Below, piece by piece: positions 29,782-39,741 of a DNA stretch of 55,260 bases. This DNA comes from Fidelibacterota bacterium (GTDB taxonomy: Bacteria; Fidelibacterota; Marinisomatia; Marinisomatales; JABMOV01). The notes beneath the pieces are model-generated. The model did no database searches and had not been told where the DNA came from. It saw only the letters and a list, made by a program, of their open reading frames with translations. The stretch spans positions 1 through 55,260 of the forward strand of contig JBHHUC010000009.1 in NCBI GenBank assembly GCA_046861395.1. Direction: 5' to 3'. The translations under genes and the position numbers were made by a program. Position 1 is the stretch's first letter; each line of letters opens with the position of its first letter.

Positions 29782-31029
29782 ATGGCGCTGCGGGGAGACC
29801 TGACTTTTCCCGGGGACAAATCACTGTCCCATCGGGCCTTGATGCTGGCCGCCCTCGCTCATGGCGACTCAACCATATCCAATCTGTCCGCCGGGGCCGA
29901 TGTCCGATCGACCAGACGTTGTCTGGAAGCCTGTGGTGTAGAAATCCGAACCGCCGGAAAAACAGTGCAAGTGCAGGGCGGAACCCTGACCACTCCTTCC
30001 CATCCGCTGGACTGCGGAAATTCCGGCACCACCGTACGTCTGCTGGCCGGTTTATTGGCCGGACAGGGGATAACAGCAACGTTTACCGGCGATGACTCCC
30101 TTTCCCGCCGGCCCATGCAGCGCATCATCACGCCCCTGGAGAAAATGGGTGTGACGTGCCACAGCAATTCCGGACACCTGCCGTTGACCATTGAACCCGG
30201 ACCCCTCCACGGCATCGATTATACCCTGCCCGTTGCCAGTGCCCAGGTAAAATCGTCCCTGCTTCTGGCTGCTCTGGGGGCGGAAGGAGCGACTACGGTC
30301 CGGGAACCGTACACTTCCCGGGATCATACGGAACGATTGCTGACATATTTTGGACTCCCGATCCAGCGGGAAGGTCTTACAATCCGTCTCCGGGGCGGGA
30401 CACATCGATGGCCTCCATTCGATTTTGCGATTCCCGGTGATCCTTCCACTGCTGCCTACTTCGCCGCCGCGGCCGCAATAATTCCGGACAGCTGTCTGAC
30501 TTTAAAAAACATTTCCCTGAATCCGACCCGGACCGGGTTTTTTTCGGCCCTGGAAACCATGGGTGGAAACCTCAGCTACGAGAAGGTAAATAAACGATTA
30601 GGCGAACCGGCTGGAGATCTTGAGGTGACTTCGGCCTCGCTCCGGGGATATTCCCCGAGACGGGAGGAGATTCCGGCTCTGATAGATGAAATTCCCATCC
30701 TGGCCGTATTGGCCACTCAGGCTGAAGGTGAGACCCGAATCACAGGAGCCAGTGAATTGCGGGTGAAAGAATGTGACCGTATCCATGCCGTCGTATTTAA
30801 TTTGAAGCAGATGGGGGCTGATATCCGGGAACAGGATGACGGATTCATCATAAACGGACCCACACTTCTACGCGGTGCTTCTATCCGAACCTTTCACGAT
30901 CATCGCATTGCCATGGCCTTTACAGTAGCCGGGCTAATCAGCGACGGACCTACCGTCCTGGATGATCCCGCTTGTGTGCAAATTTCCAGTCCCGAATTCT
31001 TTTCATTTTTAGAGAAGATTAAGCAATGA
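29782..31029 (+). CDS. aroA: 3-phosphoshikimate 1-carboxyvinyltransferase (EPSP synthase)
   Basis: PGDKSLSHR, CGNSGTT, SLSRRPM, ASAQVKS, SRDHTE, ELRVKECDR, DHRIAM. Confidence 0.96.
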   Translation: MALRGDLTFPGDKSLSHRALMLAALAHGDSTISNLSAGADVRSTRRCLEACGVEIRTAGKTVQVQGGTLTTPSHPLDCGNSGTTVRLLAGLLAGQGITATFTGDDSLSRRPMQRIITPLEKMGVTCHSNSGHLPLTIEPGPLHGIDYTLPVASAQVKSSLLLAALGAEGATTVREPYTSRDHTERLLTYFGLPIQREGLTIRLRGGTHRWPPFDFAIPGDPSTAAYFAAAAAIIPDSCLTLKNISLNPTRTGFFSALETMGGNLSYEKVNKRLGEPAGDLEVTSASLRGYSPRREEIPALIDEIPILAVLATQAEGETRITGASELRVKECDRIHAVVFNLKQMGADIREQDDGFIINGPTLLRGASIRTFHDHRIAMAFTVAGLISDGPTVLDDPACVQISSPEFFSFLEKIKQ

Positions 31030-31859
31030 AAAAATTTCTCGTTATCGGTAATCCCGTTCAACACAGTCTTAGTCCAATCCTCCACCGTCAGATATATAAT
31101 CAATTGGGTCTGGCTGCGACGTACGAAAAGCGCACCGTCAAATCGGATGAATTGCCGGCTATCATCGCAGAATTGCGTACCCACCGCCTGGACGGCATCA
31201 ATGTAACCATTCCTTATAAGGAGGAAGTCGTCCCATTGCTGGATCGCCTGTCACCGGAAGCAAACGCCATTGGGGCGGTGAACTGCATAACTCGCGAGGA
31301 AAATGACATCGTGGGATACAATACGGATTATTTTGCCTGTCGCCGCTTAATTGATGATCATGATCTGATACGGCCGGGGCGCCATGTGATTGTCCTGGGT
31401 GCCGGCGGTTCGGCCCGCAGCGTGGTGTATGCATTTCACCAGGCTGGGGCGGAAAAGGTGACAATTGTCAACCGTAATCCCGAACGAGCCCGGGACCTGG
31501 CGGATCATTTTGCCGGGGTGAACCGGGAAGCGGATTTTGACGTCGCTACATTGGCTGAAATCGATTCTTCTCATGCTCTCATCTGGGTGAATTGTACACC
31601 GGTGGGGATGGGACAACTGTCGGACCAGAGCCCGGTCCCGGAGCATCTGATTCAATCCCATCATATTGTCATGGATTTAATCTACCGGCCCTTGCGCACA
31701 ACCTTTGTAAAGCAGGCGGATCAACGCAATGCGGGCATTGTTTCGGGGCTGGATTTTCTCATTGAACAGGGACTCGAGTCGAATCGTATCTGGTTTGGCG
31801 CCGACCGGATCACGGCGGTGAATCGTCAGATAATCATCATGGATTTAATCGTACGCTGA
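31026..31859 (+). CDS. aroE: Shikimate dehydrogenase
   Basis: GNPVQHSLSP, NVTIPYK, GYNTD, GAGGSAR, NRN, NCTPVGM, DLIY. Confidence 0.95.
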   Translation: MKKFLVIGNPVQHSLSPILHRQIYNQLGLAATYEKRTVKSDELPAIIAELRTHRLDGINVTIPYKEEVVPLLDRLSPEANAIGAVNCITREENDIVGYNTDYFACRRLIDDHDLIRPGRHVIVLGAGGSARSVVYAFHQAGAEKVTIVNRNPERARDLADHFAGVNREADFDVATLAEIDSSHALIWVNCTPVGMGQLSDQSPVPEHLIQSHHIVMDLIYRPLRTTFVKQADQRNAGIVSGLDFLIEQGLESNRIWFGADRITAVNRQIIIMDLIVR

Positions 31860-31973
31860 CCGGCATTTATCCCACCACGGTGAGGGATTTCGTCTCGAAA
31901 AACATTCTTCTGTGAATAAGCCATTTGGTATTATTAATTTGCCGACAGCTTACACTGAAATGCATACCAGGTA

Positions 31974-33137
31974 ATGAATCTAAATAAACTCAAATTATTA
32001 ACGGCAGGCGAATCCCATGGCCCGGGATTATTGGGCATTCTGGAAGGTCTTCCGGCCGATATTCCGATCTCCGAAGATGACATTGCTCATCAGTTAAAAC
32101 GACGACAGGCCGGCTATGGACGCGGCGGACGGATGAAAATCGAAACGGATCGTGCCCGAATTTATTGTGGTGTTCGCTATGGCCGAACATTGGGTTCTCC
32201 CGTGGGATTGATTCTACCTAATAAGGATGCCGCAAACTGGACGGAGACTATGGCTGTGGCCGCTACAGCGCATGAAGCAGACCCCGTTACCCTGCCGCGA
32301 CCAGGACATGCGGACCTGGCCGGTATGGAAAAATATGGTTTTCGGGATATCAGGAATGTGATTGAACGATCATCGGCCCGGGAAACAGCGATGCGTGTGG
32401 CCTTGGGGACCCTGTGCCGCCGTCTGTTGGAAGAGATTGGAATCACCATTGGCAGTCGCGTGACACAGATTCATAAAGCTTGCGACAATACGCCGGTACC
32501 GCCGGATCTGTCACTGGTGGACCTGAATGAAAAGACGGATGCCAGCCCGGTGCGGGCCTTGAATGCCTCAGCCGGTGAGGCCATGGTTGCCGTGATACAA
32601 GCCGCCCAGCGCAGAGGGGATTCTGTGGGCGGTATCTTTGAAATCATGGCGCGAGGTCTGCCCTATGGTTTGGGAAGCCATGTGGATTGGGGCCGTAAAC
32701 TGCACGGGCGTATTGCTCAGGCCATCATGTCGATCAATGCCTTTAAGGGGATTGAATTCGGCACCGGGTTTGCTCAGGCCGGGCAATATGGCAGTGAAGT
32801 GCATGACAGTATTGGTTATGCCAATGAAAAGTACACCAGAGAAAGCAACCATGCCGGTGGAATTGAAGGGGGAATGAGCAATGCTCAACCGCTGGTTATC
32901 CGGGTGGTCATGAAGCCCATTCCAACGCTGAGCAAACCATTAGCGTCGGTGGATATTCAAACGAAAGAAGAAAAGCCGGCGTTCAAAGAAAGAACTGATT
33001 CCTGTGCCGTTCCGGCGGCTTCGGTTATCGGCGAACACATGTTGGGGATTGTGTTAGCTGATGCCGTACTGGAGAAATTCGGGGGTGATTCGTTGACACA
33101 GCTCCGGGCGCACATGGAGGCAACGGCAAAATACTAA
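31974..33137 (+). CDS. aroC: Chorismate synthase
   Basis: TAGESHG, RRQ.GYGRG.RM, PRPGHADL, ERSSARET, GGIEGGMSN, MKPIPTL, ERTD.CAVP. Confidence 0.97.
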   Translation: MNLNKLKLLTAGESHGPGLLGILEGLPADIPISEDDIAHQLKRRQAGYGRGGRMKIETDRARIYCGVRYGRTLGSPVGLILPNKDAANWTETMAVAATAHEADPVTLPRPGHADLAGMEKYGFRDIRNVIERSSARETAMRVALGTLCRRLLEEIGITIGSRVTQIHKACDNTPVPPDLSLVDLNEKTDASPVRALNASAGEAMVAVIQAAQRRGDSVGGIFEIMARGLPYGLGSHVDWGRKLHGRIAQAIMSINAFKGIEFGTGFAQAGQYGSEVHDSIGYANEKYTRESNHAGGIEGGMSNAQPLVIRVVMKPIPTLSKPLASVDIQTKEEKPAFKERTDSCAVPAASVIGEHMLGIVLADAVLEKFGGDSLTQLRAHMEATAKY

Positions 33138-33152
33138 CCAAAAGGAAGTCCA

Positions 33153-33674
33153 TTGAGTACACAACCGAAAAACATATTCCTGATTGGCATGATGGGAGCC
33201 TGGAAATCCACGGTGGGACGGAAACTGTCCCGTGCCACGGATTTTCGGTTTCGGGATATGGATAAGGAAATCGAGCGCGAAGCGGGCTTGATTGTGTCCC
33301 ATATTTTCGAAGTAATGTCAGAAAGAGAATTCAGGGAACTGGAGCGGCAGACCTTAAATCGTCTGATCCGAACCGAGCACCAGGTGATTGCGACGGGAGG
33401 AGGTGTGGTTCTGGATGATGGAAACCGTTTCATTCTTACCACGGAAGGGTATACCATTTATTTGAAAGCTCAGCCGGAAGTCCTGGATCGTCGCATTAAG
33501 AATGTTCAGAAACGCCCCATCCTGCAGCGCAGCCGAAATAAACTGGAAACACTCCGGCAAATTTATAAGGAACGGCATGCCTACTATGAAACTTCCTGTC
33601 ATTACGTCATTGAGACCGATGACATTTCACCGGAAGACATTGTCGATTTAATTAAAAAGAAACTTAATATTTAA
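33153..33674 (+). CDS. aroK: Shikimate kinase
   Basis: IFLIGMMGAWKSTVG, FRELE, IATGGG, KRPIL. TTG start with AAGGAAG RBS. Confidence 0.9.
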   Translation: MSTQPKNIFLIGMMGAWKSTVGRKLSRATDFRFRDMDKEIEREAGLIVSHIFEVMSEREFRELERQTLNRLIRTEHQVIATGGGVVLDDGNRFILTTEGYTIYLKAQPEVLDRRIKNVQKRPILQRSRNKLETLRQIYKERHAYYETSCHYVIETDDISPEDIVDLIKKKLNI

Positions 33675-34762
33675 TGCCTGAGATTCGCGTTGATTTGGGT
33701 CCCCGATCCTATTCCATCCGGGTGGCCAGAGGATTATCTCAACGATTGCCAGAATGCCTGGAAGAATTACAGGCTGGGCAATTGTGGGTCCTGATTACAC
33801 AGGAATCACTCTATCAGACTTACGGTGAACAGATTCATCAGCTATTGCATCAGGCCGGTATGCAAACGGCAGTGATTACGATTCCCGTAGGAGAAACGGC
33901 CAAAACGCTGAAGGAAGTGAATATCATCTATAACCAATTGATCACCATTGGCAGCGACCGGAGTACAACCTTACTGGCGCTGGGCGGCGGTGTGGTGGGT
34001 GATGTAACGGGTTTTGTGGCGGCCACCTTCATGCGGGGTATTTCCTATGTTCAGCTTCCTACGACCCTATTGGCCATGGTCGATTCCGCCATCGGAGGTA
34101 AAACGGGAGTCAATCTTCCCACTGGAAAAAACCTGATAGGTGCCGTTTATCAGCCCCGGCTGGTTATTCTGGATCCGGCCTTTCTTGCCACCTTACCGGC
34201 CAGGGAATATATTTCCGGTTTGGCTGAAATTCTGAAATATGGTCTGATTTTTGACAGTCGCTTTTTCCATTACCTGGAAGAAAACATGACAAACATTCTG
34301 GAACAGACCGATGAAGGGATTCAGGAAAAAATCATTTCCCGTTCCGCAGAATTGAAAACCAATATTGTAGAACAGGATGAGTTTGAAGGTGATTTACGCC
34401 GCCTGTTGAATTTCGGCCATACCATCGGCCATGCGCTGGAAACCAGCCTGGGTTATACTACCCTGCGCCACGGGGAAGCCGTCGCTTACGGTATGATGGC
34501 TGCCGGCGCCATTTCCTACCGGCGAAATCTTTTATCCAAGGCTGAATGGGATTTTCTGCAGTCAACGCTGCGCCGGCTACCGTTGCCGGCGATTACCATT
34601 CCACCGGCGGAAGATGTATTGACCATCATCAAGCGTGATAAAAAAGTTCGTTCCGGTGTGTTGCATTTTGTCCTGCTGAATGGTATCGGACAGGGCATTA
34701 TTGTGGATGATGTTACCGACGCGGAACTGACAGCGGTGCTGGAGACTCTGGAATCATTATGA
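33674..34762 (+). CDS. aroB: 3-dehydroquinate synthase
   Basis: GETAK, LGGGVVGD, PTTLLAMVDSAIGGKTG, LNFGHTIGHALE, HGEAV, DKK. Confidence 0.97.
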   Translation: MPEIRVDLGPRSYSIRVARGLSQRLPECLEELQAGQLWVLITQESLYQTYGEQIHQLLHQAGMQTAVITIPVGETAKTLKEVNIIYNQLITIGSDRSTTLLALGGGVVGDVTGFVAATFMRGISYVQLPTTLLAMVDSAIGGKTGVNLPTGKNLIGAVYQPRLVILDPAFLATLPAREYISGLAEILKYGLIFDSRFFHYLEENMTNILEQTDEGIQEKIISRSAELKTNIVEQDEFEGDLRRLLNFGHTIGHALETSLGYTTLRHGEAVAYGMMAAGAISYRRNLLSKAEWDFLQSTLRRLPLPAITIPPAEDVLTIIKRDKKVRSGVLHFVLLNGIGQGIIVDDVTDAELTAVLETLESL

Positions 34763-35196
34763 AGAATATTCTGGTAATCAACGGACCCAATCTCAATCTC
34801 CTGGGTGAACGAAATCCAGAAATATATGGCCATGAAACATTGTCTGATATTGAACAATACATCATAACACATCCGCTGGCCAGGGAAGTCAATATTCAGT
34901 GTTTCCAATCCAATTCAGAGGGTGACATCATCAATGTAATCCATGAAAGTCGGGGTTGGGCTGAAGGAATCATCATCAATCCAGCGGCTTACACGCATTA
35001 TTCCTATGCCATACGGGATGCCCTGGAAGCGGTCAGTATCCCGGTCGTGGAAGTGCATTTAAGTGATATTACCGCCCGCGAACCCTTTCGTGCCGGTTCG
35101 GTGATCGCACCCGTGTGTCTGGCCCAGGTCGCCGGCCATGGTAAGGAGAGTTATATCATGGGATTGAAACGGCTCCTGGCTTTTTCCAACGACTGA
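34759..35196 (+). CDS. aroQ: Type II 3-dehydroquinate dehydratase
   Basis: NGPNLNLLG.R.PEIYG, QSNSEG, INPAAYTHYS, EVHLS...REPFR. Confidence 0.96.
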   Translation: MKNILVINGPNLNLLGERNPEIYGHETLSDIEQYIITHPLAREVNIQCFQSNSEGDIINVIHESRGWAEGIIINPAAYTHYSYAIRDALEAVSIPVVEVHLSDITAREPFRAGSVIAPVCLAQVAGHGKESYIMGLKRLLAFSND

Positions 35197-35208
35197 AGAC
35201 TTAAAACC

Positions 35209-36744
35209 GTGGCACGGCTATCCTCATTCTCAATAATTCTATTACTGTTTACCTCATGTCTGCCGTGGCCGGACAAATATTCGGACCTGGCGGCCATCGT
35301 TCCAGAGCCACCGAAAAGGGAAATGCGGGCCGTCTGGCTGTCCCGTTTTGAGTATTGTCGCTATACATCGACCCATGACCAGGATTCCATTCGCGCTTAT
35401 ATTGCCGATGTCATTCGCAATGCAGCGGCCGCCAATTTCAATGTACTTTTCTTTCAAATTCGCGGGAATGGCGATGCCTATTACACTCCCGGACTCGAGC
35501 CCTGGGGAGAACTTCTTACGGGGAAGGCAGGGCAAGATCCGGGTTGGGATCCATTGCAATTTGCCTTGGATTCTGCCCGAGCCTATGGATTGGAACTTCA
35601 TGCCTGGCTGAATACATTTCCCGTCTGGAGGGGACCGAAACCGCCGCCCGATTCCATTGCGCCCTTCCCACCCTACCTGCGTCATCAGGATTGGCTGGTG
35701 TGTGACTCGGCCGGGGTTCCAATGCCTTTATCGGATCATTATGTTTCCTTTTCGCCCGGTATTCCCGCCGTGCATTCCTATCTGATAGAATTGGTATCCG
35801 ATATTACTTCCCGCTATGATCTGGACGGAATTCATTTCGATTATATCCGCTATCCGGAGAATGCTTCCGAGGCCGGGTATTCCCACGACTCCGTTAGCGT
35901 ATCCCTGTTTCAATCTAAAGTAGGTAATCCCCTGGAATTGGACTGGGCCGACTGGCAACGAAATCAGCTGACCACCTTCGTTGCCACCATGTATAATGCC
36001 ATTCAGGTCATGAACAATACGCTCAAGATGTCCGTTGCCACCATCGGTTCCTATCATCGTAATGGCTGGAATGCTTATAACGCCGTATATCAGGATCCCC
36101 GCCGCTGGACCGAATTGGGCAAAGTGGATTTTGTAGTGCCCATGATTTACTGGCCCCTGGATCATCCGTCATATGGTTTTTCCGAGCTGGCCGAGGAGTA
36201 TCGTTCGCTGGGAATGGTGGAGCGGTATCTGATTCCCGGAATCGGGAGTTATAAGTATCACCGGGATGATTCAGAATATTCCTGGCAGGAAGTGGAACGG
36301 GAAATTGATTTTCTTCGCTCACATCATTTTCCCGGATTGGCTTTTTTCGGTTCCAAAAGTCTGACCAATCACTGGACTTCTTTGCAGTACGGACGCTTTC
36401 GTCATCCGGCTCTGATCCCTGCCATGACATGGAAAGACAGCCTGGCTCCCGCTGCCCCTGTGCTGCAACTGGCCGTTCGCACACTTCAGGCGGTACGATT
36501 AGCCTGGCAGTCTTCACCCTCCCGGGATGTTGAACGGTACGCCATCTATCTGGGACCATCCCTGCCGGTGGATTCGTCCCGAGCGGGAAATATCCTTTTC
36601 CTGACGCCGGCTGCCGATACGGCCTGGCAGATTCCCCTGGCCGGCTATAAGGCGGGCTATGTCGCCGTTTCCGCGCTGGATGACGCCTGGAATGAAAGTT
36701 CGCTTTCCAATCCAGTTTTCATCGGTCGCTCCGACGTTCCCTGA
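35209..36744 (+). CDS. Glycoside hydrolase-like family 10 (DUF187/YddW) lipoprotein with FN3-like C-terminus
   Basis: Lipobox LFTSC, EMRAVW, FQIR..GDAYY, WDPL, LHAW.N, YDLDGIHFDY.RY, PMIY, VSALD..WNES. Confidence 0.85.
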   Translation: MARLSSFSIILLLFTSCLPWPDKYSDLAAIVPEPPKREMRAVWLSRFEYCRYTSTHDQDSIRAYIADVIRNAAAANFNVLFFQIRGNGDAYYTPGLEPWGELLTGKAGQDPGWDPLQFALDSARAYGLELHAWLNTFPVWRGPKPPPDSIAPFPPYLRHQDWLVCDSAGVPMPLSDHYVSFSPGIPAVHSYLIELVSDITSRYDLDGIHFDYIRYPENASEAGYSHDSVSVSLFQSKVGNPLELDWADWQRNQLTTFVATMYNAIQVMNNTLKMSVATIGSYHRNGWNAYNAVYQDPRRWTELGKVDFVVPMIYWPLDHPSYGFSELAEEYRSLGMVERYLIPGIGSYKYHRDDSEYSWQEVEREIDFLRSHHFPGLAFFGSKSLTNHWTSLQYGRFRHPALIPAMTWKDSLAPAAPVLQLAVRTLQAVRLAWQSSPSRDVERYAIYLGPSLPVDSSRAGNILFLTPAADTAWQIPLAGYKAGYVAVSALDDAWNESSLSNPVFIGRSDVP

Positions 36745-36904
36745 ATCATACGACTTCCTTTCTTTTTCGGATAAAAGTTGGGAAAACTATACTATTTTCG
36801 ATTTTTCTTTATAAATTTCATTCATCTATTACGGTCACGATGCTCAGTATAACATCCATAAAATAATAATACGGATTCATGTTCGTTTTTCGCATCAATC
36901 AGCC

Positions 36905-39688
36905 ATGAAACTTTTTTTCCCAGTTAGGGGGATTCGTACCTCCCGCGCCGTTATTTCTTATCTACAATGGCAACACAATGTTAATATTGGAATAATAATT
37001 TTTTTCTGGGTTTTTTTATGTAATACGTATTTAATCGCCGATGTGATTCGGGTTGCCATTGATCGGGAAAACATTCCGTATGAATATCTGGACCTAGACG
37101 GTCAAGTCAAAGGCTATATTCCAGATTTGCTGCGAAGCTTGGAAGAAGAAACGGGATTCCAATTTATCTTTTTCTCCATGACCGGGCCGGAAGCTGTGCG
37201 AAAAATGGAAGAAGGTAAGGTGGACCTGATCAGCCTGGTGGACACACAGGAACACCGCAGCCGATACCGTTTGTCTGATCCCCATAGTCTACTTTACCAG
37301 GCTCTATTCATTAACCGACGGCAAGTGGAAATTGTTGATACATTATCCATAAGTGCCCATTTAGTTGCATTTCAGGATAATAGTCTTCCGCTGGAAAGAA
37401 TGGCCCGGCGAACAGATTTTCAACGCACCCTTGTCGCGCGGAAAGAAGAGGGCTTTTATCGTCTGAATAATAATGAGGTCGGGGCCTTTATCACGGCGGA
37501 ACAGGCGGGACTGTATTTTATTCGCAATCATGATTTGAGGCAGGTGGTGTTGGCACAGGGAAAACTATGGCCCCGGCAGTATTGTTTTGCCACTCGTCCG
37601 GAAAGTCAGACTTTGATCGAAAATATAAATCAGGGACTTAAAAAACTGCGTTCCGACGGGAAATACGATGAATTATATGCGAAATGGATGATTGAACGGA
37701 ATCGCTGGGTAAAGATGCACACCCGTACGATTAGTTATACTTTTATCGGTCTGTTTGTCTTAACACTAGTATTCCTGGTTTTGACAATCATCTATCGCAA
37801 GGGCATACGCCAACGCCTCCGGGAATTGGCGGAATCCGAGCAATTGTTCCGTTCCCTGGCTGAAGAATCACCCAATATGGTTTTCATCAATTGCATGGGT
37901 CCGGTGGTTTATGTCAACCGGGCCTGCGTGGAAACCACCGGGTATACCAGGGAAGAACTCACCAACCAGGACTTTGACTTTATGCAATTGATTGCCCCGG
38001 AGGATCGCAATCTCATCCGGGACATGTTCGCCCGTCACCGGAAGGGGGAGGACGTCCCTCCGTACACCTATCACTTGTTACACCGGGATGGATCTCAGCG
38101 GACAGTCTTGGGCCATTATCGACGGATTCAATACTCCGGAAAGCCGGCAATCCTGGGCATTGGCACGGATATCTCAGATCTGGAGAAGGCGCAGAACCAA
38201 CTGAAGGTTTCGGAACGGCGCTACCGGGAACTGGTAGAAGAGTTGCATGAGGGTTTGTATGCCGTCGATGAAAACGGGGTATTCACCTACAGCAACCGAG
38301 CCCATGATGCCATCATGGGATTTCCGGAAGGATCGTCCATCGTCGGTCGAAAACTCCTGGATTTTGTCCCCCAGGAAAGCAGGGAAGAAATTGAGAAACA
38401 GTGGAATGAAATAGTGCAATCTGGCCAAATACCGGGAAAAATTGAACTCCCAATTCTCCGCCTGGACGGGTCCCGGGGAATTATCGAGGTTCGACCCCAT
38501 TTGATCACAAAGGATGGTAAAGTGCTGGGTGCCCGGGGAATGGTCCTGGATGTGACCGAAACACGTACGATCCGAGCGGCACTTACGGCAACTGAATTGC
38601 GGCTCGAATCAGCCCTGGCGGCCATCGAAGATCCTATTTTCATCTTTGATGAAGAAGGAAGGTTTACGCACTATTCGGTTTCACAATCAGATTATCTCTA
38701 TCGACCACCGGAGGAATTCCTCGGACAAAAACCTCGTGAAGTTCTGCCAGACGCCGTCGGAAAAGCATTTGATGAAGCATTTGAGAAAGTCAAACAGGGT
38801 AAATCAGAGCCCGTTGATTATGATTTGGAAATATCCGGCAGAAAACGCTGGTACTCCATGCTCCTTTCACCCATGATGAACGAAGGCCGGTTCACAGGCG
38901 CCGTAGGCATCGCCCGGGATATTACCCGTCACATCGAGTTGGAACAGGAACTGATGGAATACCGGGAACGACTGGAACAAAAAGTGGAAGAACGGACAGA
39001 GGAAATAAAATCCTTTTCCTATTCCGTATCCCACGATCTGAAGGCTCCCCTGCGGGCCATCACCGGTTATACCCATATGCTGGTGGAGGATTTCGGCGAT
39101 CGCCTCGGTGAAGAAGGCCACCGCATGGTTAACGTAATCGATGACAGTATCGGTCGTATGGCAGGCCTGTTGAATGGCCTCTTGGAACTTTCCCGTATCG
39201 GTCATGGCGAGTTTCACCTGATTCCCCTGGATATGAATAAAATGGTACAGGAAGTCATCACGGGTCTGGAAGAAAAGACCCGTGACCGGGAGATCATATG
39301 GATGATAAGCGCCTTGCCACAAGTGGAAGGGGATCCCCCCCTGATGCGCCAGGTCTGGATCAACCTGATTGGGAATGCAGTGAAGTTCACAGCCGGGAAA
39401 TCACCGGCCCGGATTGAAATCAGCGGCGTGCGGAAAGGACCAACGGTATCCTACACCATCAAGGACAATGGAGCCGGCTACAATCCAGATTATGCCGGGA
39501 AATTATTCGGTGTTTTCGAACGGCTTCATACCCGGGATGAATTTTCCGGCCTGGGCATTGGCCTGGCCCTGGTCAAACGTATATTGAATCGCCACCGTGG
39601 AACCATTGCGGCGGAAGGCGAGGAAGGAAAAGGGGCAGCGTTTACCTTTACACTACCAAGCGGAAATGAATCAAATCAAGTGGTGTAG
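36905..39688 (+). CDS. Sensor histidine kinase: periplasmic SBP family 3 domain, TM, 3 PAS domains, HisKA, HATPase
   Basis: PYEY...GY..DL and GKYDELYAKW (SBP_bac_3); SVSHDLKAPLR H-box; NLIGNAVKF, DNGAG, GLGIGL. Start uncertain. Confidence 0.9.
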   Translation: MKLFFPVRGIRTSRAVISYLQWQHNVNIGIIIFFWVFLCNTYLIADVIRVAIDRENIPYEYLDLDGQVKGYIPDLLRSLEEETGFQFIFFSMTGPEAVRKMEEGKVDLISLVDTQEHRSRYRLSDPHSLLYQALFINRRQVEIVDTLSISAHLVAFQDNSLPLERMARRTDFQRTLVARKEEGFYRLNNNEVGAFITAEQAGLYFIRNHDLRQVVLAQGKLWPRQYCFATRPESQTLIENINQGLKKLRSDGKYDELYAKWMIERNRWVKMHTRTISYTFIGLFVLTLVFLVLTIIYRKGIRQRLRELAESEQLFRSLAEESPNMVFINCMGPVVYVNRACVETTGYTREELTNQDFDFMQLIAPEDRNLIRDMFARHRKGEDVPPYTYHLLHRDGSQRTVLGHYRRIQYSGKPAILGIGTDISDLEKAQNQLKVSERRYRELVEELHEGLYAVDENGVFTYSNRAHDAIMGFPEGSSIVGRKLLDFVPQESREEIEKQWNEIVQSGQIPGKIELPILRLDGSRGIIEVRPHLITKDGKVLGARGMVLDVTETRTIRAALTATELRLESALAAIEDPIFIFDEEGRFTHYSVSQSDYLYRPPEEFLGQKPREVLPDAVGKAFDEAFEKVKQGKSEPVDYDLEISGRKRWYSMLLSPMMNEGRFTGAVGIARDITRHIELEQELMEYRERLEQKVEERTEEIKSFSYSVSHDLKAPLRAITGYTHMLVEDFGDRLGEEGHRMVNVIDDSIGRMAGLLNGLLELSRIGHGEFHLIPLDMNKMVQEVITGLEEKTRDREIIWMISALPQVEGDPPLMRQVWINLIGNAVKFTAGKSPARIEISGVRKGPTVSYTIKDNGAGYNPDYAGKLFGVFERLHTRDEFSGLGIGLALVKRILNRHRGTIAAEGEEGKGAAFTFTLPSGNESNQVV

Positions 39689-39741
39689 ATTTTTGAGGTT
39701 GATTATATTAACTTTTAGCTAAACACAGGAGGATTTATCGC

